From NCBI GenBank assembly GCA_963675745.2, contig CAXXWX010000016.1, forward strand, positions 128,001-192,000: DNA of 64,000 nt. The letters run 5' to 3'. The first letter of the stretch is position 1. Each line of letters begins with the position of its first letter. The translations under genes and the position numbers were made by a program. Positions 9,703-18,835 of the stretch are shown here, one piece after another. Under the pieces are notes generated by a model. That model saw only the letters and a program-made list of their open reading frames with translations, had not been told where the DNA came from and made no database searches. Source of the DNA: Phycisphaerae bacterium (GTDB lineage: Bacteria; Planctomycetota; Phycisphaerae; UBA1845; Fen-1342).

Positions 9703-11795
9703 TGCGACGCGTGCTCTATCTCGCGCTAATACCGGCGGTGGCCATAGGCACTACGGCCGGAAACGACGTCCTCTATCTGCTGGACGGTCACGAGCATGTC
9801 GGCCAGTTGCTCAGTGTCACGCCGGACGAGGTCATCTTTCAACTTGACGGCGACGATGCTCCGACCACGTTTGCCCAGGCGCGCGTTCAGCGAATCGACC
9901 TGAGCAAGCGGCGCGTCGGTGATGAGATCACCAACGTAGATCAACTCGATGACCCGCTGCTGCAACGCCTGATTGAGGATCAGCCGCTGAAGGTCTTTTA
10001 CCCCGATTCGGGTTACGTGACGCTGTATCGCGTGCGTGACTACACGCTCGACGAGGACGGCTCGTATACATGTCGTGAGCGCCGCGTGGAGAAGATCCTG
10101 CTCGAACGGGGAAAGTCGCGCGCCAACGTGGCTCGGTATTTCAAGAAGGGTGAGCAGACGCTTGACATCGATTTCGCGCGTACGGTTAACCCGGACGGCT
10201 CGATCACACCAATCTCCGACTCCGCCGTGGATGTCTCCAGCGTAAACGCGGACACGCCGGAGTATGAGAAGCTGTACCAGGTGAAGTTCGCGATGAAACA
10301 GGTCAAGGAAGGGTCGATCATCGACTGGCAGATCACGCGGCGGTATGCCCCGACTGATCTGCTGGATTCGTTTCACACCTCAGTCTTGTTCCAGGAGGAT
10401 GAGCCGATCATCGAGGCGGAGCTGATTGTCCGCGCGCCACACGGACGCTCGGTGGCGCTGCGCGAAGATCGGCTGCGTGACAACATCACGTATGGCAGCG
10501 AGGAAACGGACACACACGTTGTCCACCACTGGGTGGCCACGCAATGCCCGCGCGTCGTCCCCGAGCCGCTCATGCCGCCGGACAACGACTTCTATCCTTG
10601 CGTGACCGTCGCCGAACAGGCGTCGTGGGAGGCGATCGGCGATGCCTATGCGGCGGCCCTGCGGCCAAACGAGACCCCGTCAGCAGCCATTCAAGCGCAG
10701 GTCGCCACGTTGATAGCCGATCTCGACGATCCGGAGCAACGCGCCAAAGCGGTCTACCACTACTTCATCGAGGCGATTCACCAACAGCACATCTCGCCCG
10801 GGGAATACAGCTATGTACCGCACCCGGTCGGCGAGGTGTTCGAACGGCGGGCCGGCAATTCAATCGACAAGTGCCTGCTCTTGTGCGTCATGCTGCGTGA
10901 GGCCGGTGTGCCCGCTTCCATGGTGCTGACGCGCGCGCAGGGCTGGGGCCGGCTTGTCGAGGATATCCCCGGCATTACGCAGTTTGACAGCGCGCTGGTG
11001 GCGGTCGACCTGCCCACGGAGCGCGTCTACCTGCCGGTCACGCGCGACACGCTCCGTTTCGGACAATTGCCCAGCGGATATCAGGGCACACGCGGCCTGC
11101 TGGTGAACGAAAGCGGCGGTCAGCTTGTCGACATACCGCTGAAAGCGCCCGATGAAGAGCTGCACGCGATTGCATTTGAGATGCGGCTGGACGCGAGCGG
11201 CGATATGCATGTCGTGCGCACCGACACCTTTGCGGGCAATGTCGAGGCCGGCCGGCGCAGCGGCTGGAAGGACCGCAAGGACGAGGATTTGCGGCGTGGC
11301 TTTGAGATGGCGATCTCAACCGAAAACCCCAAGGCCCACCTCACCGACTATCGGATTGATAACCTGCACGACGTGACCAAACCGTTGCGGCTCGTCCAGG
11401 AATACACGCTCGAAGGCTACGCCATGCGCGCCGGTGACGATTTGCTGGTGTTTCAACTGCCAACGCTGGACTACACGGCGGGCAGCGTCGGCAAACCGGC
11501 ACGCGATTACCCGATGCGCTGGTACGTACGGAGCAAAACCACGCGCGACATGACGATCACGATTCCCCCGGGATTCAAGGTGTACCACGCCGGCACAGAC
11601 TACGAAGCGGATTGTGGGATTGTGTCGTTCGTCGCGCGTTTCACGACGTCCGACGACGGCATCAGCTATCACGATGAGTTCGTGCAGCACGAACTGGAGG
11701 CGTCGCGCAAGCGATATGGCAGTTACAAGGCCTGCATGGAGACGCGGGCGCGCGTGCCGAAGGAGTGGATCGTCCTGGAACGTGCCGAGGATTGA
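9699..11795 (+). CDS. Secreted DUF3857 / transglutaminase-like paralogue (degenerate triad)
   Basis: ATGA overlap with the upstream gene. Same architecture, but GNSIDK, QFDSAL and YLPVT stand where the Cys, His and Asp motifs are expected. Confidence 0.88.
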   Translation: MMRRVLYLALIPAVAIGTTAGNDVLYLLDGHEHVGQLLSVTPDEVIFQLDGDDAPTTFAQARVQRIDLSKRRVGDEITNVDQLDDPLLQRLIEDQPLKVFYPDSGYVTLYRVRDYTLDEDGSYTCRERRVEKILLERGKSRANVARYFKKGEQTLDIDFARTVNPDGSITPISDSAVDVSSVNADTPEYEKLYQVKFAMKQVKEGSIIDWQITRRYAPTDLLDSFHTSVLFQEDEPIIEAELIVRAPHGRSVALREDRLRDNITYGSEETDTHVVHHWVATQCPRVVPEPLMPPDNDFYPCVTVAEQASWEAIGDAYAAALRPNETPSAAIQAQVATLIADLDDPEQRAKAVYHYFIEAIHQQHISPGEYSYVPHPVGEVFERRAGNSIDKCLLLCVMLREAGVPASMVLTRAQGWGRLVEDIPGITQFDSALVAVDLPTERVYLPVTRDTLRFGQLPSGYQGTRGLLVNESGGQLVDIPLKAPDEELHAIAFEMRLDASGDMHVVRTDTFAGNVEAGRRSGWKDRKDEDLRRGFEMAISTENPKAHLTDYRIDNLHDVTKPLRLVQEYTLEGYAMRAGDDLLVFQLPTLDYTAGSVGKPARDYPMRWYVRSKTTRDMTITIPPGFKVYHAGTDYEADCGIVSFVARFTTSDDGISYHDEFVQHELEASRKRYGSYKACMETRARVPKEWIVLERAED

Positions 11796-11900
11796 CCGGA
11801 CTCGTCGGGCCCGCACTGCAACCCGGCCACCTGGCGGCGCGTACAAGACCGGGAACCCGCGGCGAGGCAACGCGCCACAAGTGAAAACGCGCTCGTCGCC

Positions 11901-13685
11901 TTACTCGCTCACCGTGACATGAACGTGCTCCATGGTGATGTCCGGCACGTTCCAGCCTTTTTGCTGCATCAGCTCGTGGAAGGCCCGCCGGAACTTCAGC
12001 GACACCTCAACGTTAACGTCGCCGGCCAGACCAACACCGAAGCTGTAAGTGCTGGTGTCCGTGGCCAATGCGGGTATGCGATTGTCGCTTAGCACGCGTG
12101 TTGGGTTCCAGTAGGCGCCGGTCGGGGAGACTTCAGTCCAAAGCTCCTCGAGCACCTTGGCAAAGGCGCGGCCAGGCAAGCCGCCATAGCAGCCGTCAGC
12201 CGGGTCGCCGATACCGCACCAATCAGGCAGCTTCGGGCCATCGACCAGCTCGAGGACGCTCCCCGCCGCATCGGTTGCGTTGACGCGCAATATCATGTGT
12301 CTCAACGGCGAACCGGTTGGAACGTGGTGTCCGGTCTGGTCGTTTGTTATTTGCACCGTTACGACGACTGTCTCTCCGCTGCGGCAGGTGGAAACATCCA
12401 TCGTCACAGCGTTGCGAAGCAACTCCTCATCGGCCGCGCCTGGTTGGGTATGGGCGTGAATCGTCATCGGATCCCGCTCAACTCCCCCCGCTCCCGGTGC
12501 GACGTTGGTCAGGATCTCGTTGTCCAGAGTCGATGGTGACGGCATGTGGCAGTCCTGACATGTTCGGCCGCCGGTTTCGTCGCTATACGGGCTTGCCAAC
12601 CATTCGCCAAACGAGTTGTAGACTACCACGTTCCAGAAAACCCCATGGTGACACGGCGCGCAAAACCGGCTCTCCTCCAGAAGCGGAAGATACGTGTCTT
12701 CCTCGGGCACGTTGTCGTCGTCGAACGTGCCGAAGAAGAGTTGTGCCCGTTCAGGGTCTTGAGGGAAAGGACGCCGGATGTCCATCGACATCACACCGGG
12801 CATGTTCGCGTAGGGCAGGCCAGTGGTCGGGTCGATGAGCACATCGGCGGTCTTGTGGCATAGATCGCAATGTACGCCGAATGTGTCCGCACCGCTGACC
12901 GTGTTGGGATTGGTGCCGTACGGGCTTGCAATGGCTGCGCCCGGAGTATGGCACGCCGCGCAGTTCCCCGCCGAGTCCGGGAAGTCGAGCGCGTGCCCCG
13001 GGCCGTAGTAGGGCTGGGCGGGATCCGGTGGCAAAGGGACGCGACCGTAATCGCGGCTGGAGACGTACCGTGTAACCGGACTCTGTCGACCGCTCAGGTC
13101 GACGCCGTTGTACATGCTCAAGAAGCGTGGGTTGCGCGCGGCGTTCGCGTGAGCGTTGTCCAGCCAAATCCGCGTCACGCCGGGCTTGCAGGTCGCGCAT
13201 GACGTCTCGCCAACGGGCGGCATCCACTCGTATTCGGGGTTGTCATCGGTCTGGTAGCGGTGGAGAGTGAGCACGACGTCGTCAGCCGGCGGCGTGATAC
13301 CCTCAACCTTGGCGCAGTAGTACCCGCGCTTCCACGCGCTGACGGTAACTTCCGCGAGATCTTGAACGTCGCCACTGAAATTGGTCAGCAGGAAGCGGCC
13401 GCTCTCGTCGCTGTTCGTGGTGTGCTTTGTGGCCTGAACACGGACGATTGCGTCGACGGCGGGTCCGGCTTCGTCCTGCACCACACCACGGATGTACGGC
13501 CGGGCGCCGCCCACCTTGCCAGGAGGTTGCTGCGCATCCGGCGATTGCTCCAATCGGCAGGCGCCGTGCAAGAGCAACGCCACGGTTACGCCGCAAACCA
13601 GCAGGCCGCCGGCCCGGCTAGCGCGGTAGTTGATCCGCGCGCCACGCCACTCCGTTTCGGAATTAACCCCAATACGGTGCATCAT
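11901..13685 (-). CDS. Multiheme c-type cytochrome lipoprotein with N-terminal carboxypeptidase-regulatory-like beta domain
   Basis: Lipobox-like LHGAC; heme motifs CATCK, CAACH, CDLCH, CAPCH, CQDCH; C-terminal GHHVPTG...RHMIL segment typical of c554/c552-like multihemes. Confidence 0.88.
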   Translation of the reverse strand: MMHRIGVNSETEWRGARINYRASRAGGLLVCGVTVALLLHGACRLEQSPDAQQPPGKVGGARPYIRGVVQDEAGPAVDAIVRVQATKHTTNSDESGRFLLTNFSGDVQDLAEVTVSAWKRGYYCAKVEGITPPADDVVLTLHRYQTDDNPEYEWMPPVGETSCATCKPGVTRIWLDNAHANAARNPRFLSMYNGVDLSGRQSPVTRYVSSRDYGRVPLPPDPAQPYYGPGHALDFPDSAGNCAACHTPGAAIASPYGTNPNTVSGADTFGVHCDLCHKTADVLIDPTTGLPYANMPGVMSMDIRRPFPQDPERAQLFFGTFDDDNVPEEDTYLPLLEESRFCAPCHHGVFWNVVVYNSFGEWLASPYSDETGGRTCQDCHMPSPSTLDNEILTNVAPGAGGVERDPMTIHAHTQPGAADEELLRNAVTMDVSTCRSGETVVVTVQITNDQTGHHVPTGSPLRHMILRVNATDAAGSVLELVDGPKLPDWCGIGDPADGCYGGLPGRAFAKVLEELWTEVSPTGAYWNPTRVLSDNRIPALATDTSTYSFGVGLAGDVNVEVSLKFRRAFHELMQQKGWNVPDITMEHVHVTVSE

Positions 13686-16600
13686 TGCCGCCTACACTTT
13701 CCCCGGGCGACGCCCCACAGCACCAGGCAGGTGATGAGCCCGGCAATTGCCACGGCGCCGCAGACACTGCCACCGCCAGTTGGCGCTACGCCGCCCTCCA
13801 TTGCGTTCTCGCCCGGTGAGTCTGTCGCGCCATCACCGGCAGCGGCGTCGCTCGGAGTCGCCGGTTCCTCACCTTCACCAGATCCGTCAACCGGAGTCTC
13901 TGGTCCTCCGTCGTCGTTGGTGCCACCTGGATCTTCTGATCCATCGTCATCGTTGGGGTCAGTTTCTGATGGCTCAGGCTCTTCTTCGTCTGAGGGCTCG
14001 TCCCCCGGCGGGCCGGGTTCCTCGCCATCATCTTCACCATCCCCAGGCGGGTCGGGTTCGTCGCCGTCATCTCCACCATCTTCGGGCGGCTCGGGGTCTG
14101 GCGGTGATGGGTGCTCCGGCCAGGCCGCGTCCGCCGGCGGCTGACCATCAATATCCAGTCGATACACTCCGCCGCCCTCGGTTCCGGCATACAGGTGCTT
14201 GCCATCGGATGAGATGTCCAAATCGTTAATGTCGCGACAGCCCAGCCCCGTCGTAGCGAGGCGCCAGTGCGCACCTCCATCAGTGGAGCGATATACGCCG
14301 GTGAATCGATCCGCGGCAAAGACTGTTTCGGGATTGATTGGATCAAAGACGATGTCGGAGACCATGGCATGTGGATCCAGGCCCGCCCCCGAGAATTGCC
14401 AGGTATTCCCGCCGTCAAGGCTGCTATACACACCAGCGTCGCACAGGCCAGCCAACACGGCGTTGGAGTGCAGCGGTTGAATTGCCACCGCAAGGGCACA
14501 AGACGAGCCTGGCATGCCGGTAGCAAGCGTGTGCCAACTCTGGCCCCCATCCAGTGTTTTCAGGAGACCGTGGTTACCGGTTGCCGCATAGACAATCAGC
14601 GGGTCGTCAGGGTCCACGGCCAGCGCCGTAACACCGGCGTCAGCCGAGAGCATGTCGTTGGCTTCCGCCCAAGTGGCGCCGCCGTCGTTGGACACGAAGA
14701 TTCCGGCCGCCGACATCTGATCATCGAAGGTCCCCGCGGAGTAATAAGCCGCTGTCCCGGCGTACACCACGCTTGGTAACGACTTCGCGAAGGCGATCAC
14801 TCTCCACGCGACGTTCGTACGCGGCGGGCCACTGACGCTATGCCAAGTCGTGCCGCGATCGCGGGTTTCCAATACAGAGTTCTCCCAGTTGTTAGCCGCG
14901 AGCACGTGCGCGGGGTCGGAAGGATCGCATGCCACGGCATACCACTCCAGGCTCGCGTGTGGCGCGTAGGCCCGCCCGACCCAGTCTTCCCCGGCGTTCG
15001 GGCTGATAAAGATTCCGCTGCGAGCGGCGGCAAACACGCGCCCCGGCGCATGCGGGTCAACCGCGATCGCGCGCACCTGGGCGCCGGTATAGCCCTTGCT
15101 GGCAGTCACCCAACTCACGCCGCCATCAGAACTCATGAAATTGCCGCCGCCGTAGTTGTTGGCGAACAAGCAGTCCGGGTCGTCCGGGTCCACCTGAAAA
15201 TCGATGGGGAAACCTGCCCGGATTCCGAGGGGTCCCCACCCCCCCTCATCACCGGCGACCACGTGCCAGGTGTGTCCACCGTCCTCGCTGCGATAAACGG
15301 ATTCTGATCCGGCGGCGTAGGCGATGTTGGGGTCAGACTGAGCGAACTCAACAGATTCAATCAGCGCGTATTCCGGCGCGAGCACATGTTCCCACGTCTC
15401 CGCCCCATTTGTTGTCAGGTATGCACCCGCGCCGGCCGAATACCCCACGTGGCCGGTACCAGCTAGCAGCGTGTCAGGATTAACCGGGTGCATGAAGAGC
15501 GACCCAACGTAGAGACTGTTCAGCCCGGCATTAACTTCGACCCACGATTGGCCGCCGTCGGTGCTTTTGATCACACCGACGCCTCCGGCGTAGCCTGTCA
15601 CCGGATCAGAGTTGGCTGCCTCGCGGTCGAATATGCCGGTTGAGACGTAGAGAACACGCGTGTCGTGTGGGTTTATCAGGATGTAGCGAGCCAGGTTGTC
15701 GCCGCGCCATACCGCCTCCCAGTTCTCACCGCCATCGGTGGTCTTGTAGACCACGCCCTTGGTCAGGTCGAACTCGCGCCCCATGCGGTTTTCACCAGCC
15801 CAACCCCAACTGGATATTTCCGCGGCGGCGTAGACTGTATCCGGCGACGTCGGGTCCACCGCGAATCCGCGAAAGCTGATGCTGTTGCTTTCCACAACAC
15901 CGTTGTCCCTGCGCTCCCACGTCGAACCAGCATCGTCTGAGCGGTATATCCCGCGAACGCCGCTGGTGCCAATCCATATAACGTCCGGGTTGGTCGGGTC
16001 GATTGTCAGGCAGAAGATCGGTATGGCGTCCCCGGAAATCCCGACACGCGTGTTGATCCCCTCGTTGGCTGACTGCCACGTCTGCCCACGGTCAGTGCTG
16101 ACAAACACCCCGGCAAACGCGTCTGTCACGTAGATATGATCCGGGCGGTCCGGCCGCATGCGTATGTCATAACCCAGCCCGCCCGGTGGCCCCCCGGTCC
16201 TCTGCCAGACCAGCCCGGTCACCGGCGCCTCGGATTCGGGGCCGAAAACCTGCACATCATCGATCCACACCCGCGCGTCAAAGGCCTCGAATGAAATGCC
16301 ACCGCTGGTCAACGCAAGTGGGTCGTCGTATGAGAAGAGCTCCACATCGTCCAGGGAAACGGATATCGACGCGCCTTGTCCGTCAATGTCCAGCGTGTGC
16401 CAGACACCGTATGGCACGCCGCTTCCTGTGGCCAGATGTTCAACAAATGCGCCGTCTCCCACCTGCTTGTGGAGAATGGTGGATTCTTCGCGCAGGGCTA
16501 CGAAGTATCGCGTGAAGCCGGTATGCCTGTAGCTGACGTGCGCCAGGTCGCCTTCAAGCTTGAGGCGGCAGCGCAGCAGGGAGTCGGCCCAGGTGCTGTG

Positions 16601-16906
16601 TGAGTATCCGCAATGCGTGTGGCCGGTCCCATCGGCGAGCAGGGTGAAACCCGTGTCAGCCGGTGCCGGTGCCCATCCGTCGTTCAGCCACCAATCGACC
16701 GCCATTCCGCTGTCAAAGTCCTCGGCGTAGAGCAACGAGTCATTGGATCCCGACGCCGGGGCGGCAGCGCTGAAACAAACGCACAAAGCGACCGACAGAT
16801 ACAGCCCGCGCTCACCGGCCGGCCAGCGCCACGCACTTCTCGCCGGCGTGCCGGCGCGCTTGGATCCCGGCCGGCGTATCCTGTTGACCTGATGACACCG
16901 AGACAT
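13682..16906 (-). CDS. Secreted BNR/Asp-box (VPS10-like) beta-propeller protein with N-terminal lectin-like domain, acidic linker and C-terminal membrane anchor
   Basis: Many SxDGGxTW Asp-box repeats; D/E/P/G-rich linker; ends GGGSVCG + hydrophobic stretch + RGKCRRQ. Start at ATG 16906 behind GGAGG. Confidence 0.87.
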   Translation of the reverse strand: MSRCHQVNRIRRPGSKRAGTPARSAWRWPAGERGLYLSVALCVCFSAAAPASGSNDSLLYAEDFDSGMAVDWWLNDGWAPAPADTGFTLLADGTGHTHCGYSHSTWADSLLRCRLKLEGDLAHVSYRHTGFTRYFVALREESTILHKQVGDGAFVEHLATGSGVPYGVWHTLDIDGQGASISVSLDDVELFSYDDPLALTSGGISFEAFDARVWIDDVQVFGPESEAPVTGLVWQRTGGPPGGLGYDIRMRPDRPDHIYVTDAFAGVFVSTDRGQTWQSANEGINTRVGISGDAIPIFCLTIDPTNPDVIWIGTSGVRGIYRSDDAGSTWERRDNGVVESNSISFRGFAVDPTSPDTVYAAAEISSWGWAGENRMGREFDLTKGVVYKTTDGGENWEAVWRGDNLARYILINPHDTRVLYVSTGIFDREAANSDPVTGYAGGVGVIKSTDGGQSWVEVNAGLNSLYVGSLFMHPVNPDTLLAGTGHVGYSAGAGAYLTTNGAETWEHVLAPEYALIESVEFAQSDPNIAYAAGSESVYRSEDGGHTWHVVAGDEGGWGPLGIRAGFPIDFQVDPDDPDCLFANNYGGGNFMSSDGGVSWVTASKGYTGAQVRAIAVDPHAPGRVFAAARSGIFISPNAGEDWVGRAYAPHASLEWYAVACDPSDPAHVLAANNWENSVLETRDRGTTWHSVSGPPRTNVAWRVIAFAKSLPSVVYAGTAAYYSAGTFDDQMSAAGIFVSNDGGATWAEANDMLSADAGVTALAVDPDDPLIVYAATGNHGLLKTLDGGQSWHTLATGMPGSSCALAVAIQPLHSNAVLAGLCDAGVYSSLDGGNTWQFSGAGLDPHAMVSDIVFDPINPETVFAADRFTGVYRSTDGGAHWRLATTGLGCRDINDLDISSDGKHLYAGTEGGGVYRLDIDGQPPADAAWPEHPSPPDPEPPEDGGDDGDEPDPPGDGEDDGEEPGPPGDEPSDEEEPEPSETDPNDDDGSEDPGGTNDDGGPETPVDGSGEGEEPATPSDAAAGDGATDSPGENAMEGGVAPTGGGSVCGAVAIAGLITCLVLWGVARGKCRRQ

Positions 16907-17194
16907 CTTGTACCCTCCGTTGCGCAACCACCCGCTTGAGCCCGGCTGGCATGCGTGCATTCATGGCAACGTGGCCACGAGGCGGGCCTGCACCTCCCAT
17001 CTTCACATTAATCATTGGCTGACGGCGCTGCAACCTAACCAACGAATAGCGCATACAAGAGCGGGAGCCTGCGGTCTAATTGGGGCCAGACGTGTGAATT
17101 GGGCTGGCACGTGGCAAATGACCTGTTATATTACTAACAGGCTGAGCCGCGGCGCGCCGTAGCGATCGGCGGCACTGCGCGGACGGATAGGCAG

Positions 17195-18835
17195 GTGATT
17201 ATGCGTCGGCCTGGTTGGCCCGGAACTGCTTACGACACGGTACCACGCGGTTTGCGTTCACTGATCGGTGTCGGGCTGCTGCTCGTGACTGCGGCCGGTG
17301 GTTGCGCCTCATGGTACGCCGCCGACGCCGACCGCGAGGTGAACGCGGTGCTGGCGAAGTACACGCAACGGGTGCTTGCCAACCGATCCGATTGGGTGCA
17401 GCGCCCCGCGACGCTGCCCGACGAGCCGGACGCCCCCGCCGATGCCGAGCCGGCGGACCCGGGCGAGACGCTCCTGATCGACCTGCCAACGGCCCTGCAA
17501 CTCGCATTCACGTCGAGCCGCGATTTCCTGGATCGCAGTGAAGGGCTGTATGTGGACGGGTTGGGCTACACGCTGACACGCTACAACTTCGGGCCGATCC
17601 TCAACGCGACCATTTCGTATCTCTGGCAGGACGCCGAGGATACCGTGGGCAGTGACTCGCACGCCCTGGCACTGGGGGCCTCGCAGGTGCTTCCGACCGG
17701 TGGTGACCTGACGTTTTCAGCCGGGCTGACCGGTGACCGGACCGCGGACCGGCCCCCGATGGCCCCGCAAGACGAGGACTTCACCTACAACTCGAATATG
17801 CAGGTCAACCTGCGCCAGCCGCTGCTGCGCGGGGCCGGCTTTGAAGTGGCCTGGGAAAGCCTGACGCAGGGCAAGCGCGATCTGGTGTACGCCGTACGCT
17901 CGTTTGAGCTTTTCCGCCAGGATTTCTGCATCCGGATCGTCGAGGGATATTACCGGCTCGTCAGCCAGAAGCTGCGGCTGGCCAATGATGAGCAGAACTA
18001 CAAAGACGCGGTGTCGGATCGCGAAAAGGCCGAGGCGCTGCGGAGCCTGGATCGCAACACGGACAACGACGTGTTTCTCGCCCGGCGCCGTGAGATCGAG
18101 GCCGAAGACGCATTGCTGGTCGCGCGGACGGAGTACAAGCTGGCGCTGGACGACTTCCGGATTCTGCTTGGGTCGCCGGCCGGCAAGGTGATTGTGCAAG
18201 ACGAGCAGCCAGAGTTTCAGCCCGTGCGTTTCGATGCGGAGTCGGCCGTCAAGGTGGCGCTGCTGAACCGGCTTGACCTCCATACGCAACGCGACCGGGT
18301 AGACGACGCGCGCCGGCAGGTTCGTATCGCCAGGAACGCTTTGCTGCCGGATGTGTCGCTCAGCGCGCAATACGGCCTTGACGGCGGCCCCGGTGATGTC
18401 AACGACACGGTGCCGGAGCAGTGGTCGGCCTCAATGGGCCTGGAATTCGAGTTGCCGCTGGACCGCAAGGCCGAGAGAAACGCGTACCGGGCCGCGCTGA
18501 TTACGCTCCAGCAAGCCCGCCGTACGCTGGAACGGCGTTGCGACGAGATCGAGCGCGACATTTTCGACCAGTTGCGCCAGCTCAGCCAGGTGGAGAAGCG
18601 GATCGACCTACAGCGCAAGCAGATCGAGTTTGAGCAGCGCGCCGTGGCGGTAACCGAGATTCGTTACAACGCCGGCGACGTATCAAACCGTGATAAGCTG
18701 GAGGCCCGTCAGGGGCTCATAAATGCCCAGAACCGCCTGATCGATCTCAAGGTGCAGCACTTCATAGCGCGGCTGCGCCTGGCGCGTGACCTCGGAATCC
18801 TCTTTGTCGACGAAAACGGGATGTGGCGATCATGA
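17195..18835 (+). CDS. TolC-family outer membrane efflux lipoprotein
   Basis: Lipobox AGGC; LRQPLLRGAG, LLPDVSL, ELPLDRKAERNAYR; first gene of an efflux operon. Confidence 0.88.
   Translation: MIMRRPGWPGTAYDTVPRGLRSLIGVGLLLVTAAGGCASWYAADADREVNAVLAKYTQRVLANRSDWVQRPATLPDEPDAPADAEPADPGETLLIDLPTALQLAFTSSRDFLDRSEGLYVDGLGYTLTRYNFGPILNATISYLWQDAEDTVGSDSHALALGASQVLPTGGDLTFSAGLTGDRTADRPPMAPQDEDFTYNSNMQVNLRQPLLRGAGFEVAWESLTQGKRDLVYAVRSFELFRQDFCIRIVEGYYRLVSQKLRLANDEQNYKDAVSDREKAEALRSLDRNTDNDVFLARRREIEAEDALLVARTEYKLALDDFRILLGSPAGKVIVQDEQPEFQPVRFDAESAVKVALLNRLDLHTQRDRVDDARRQVRIARNALLPDVSLSAQYGLDGGPGDVNDTVPEQWSASMGLEFELPLDRKAERNAYRAALITLQQARRTLERRCDEIERDIFDQLRQLSQVEKRIDLQRKQIEFEQRAVAVTEIRYNAGDVSNRDKLEARQGLINAQNRLIDLKVQHFIARLRLARDLGILFVDENGMWRS

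Noticed and set aside
11901..13685. Calling the CxxCK cytochrome nrfA
   Set aside because: Motif count matches, but the flanking sequence, domain layout and gene context do not resemble NrfA as I recall it.
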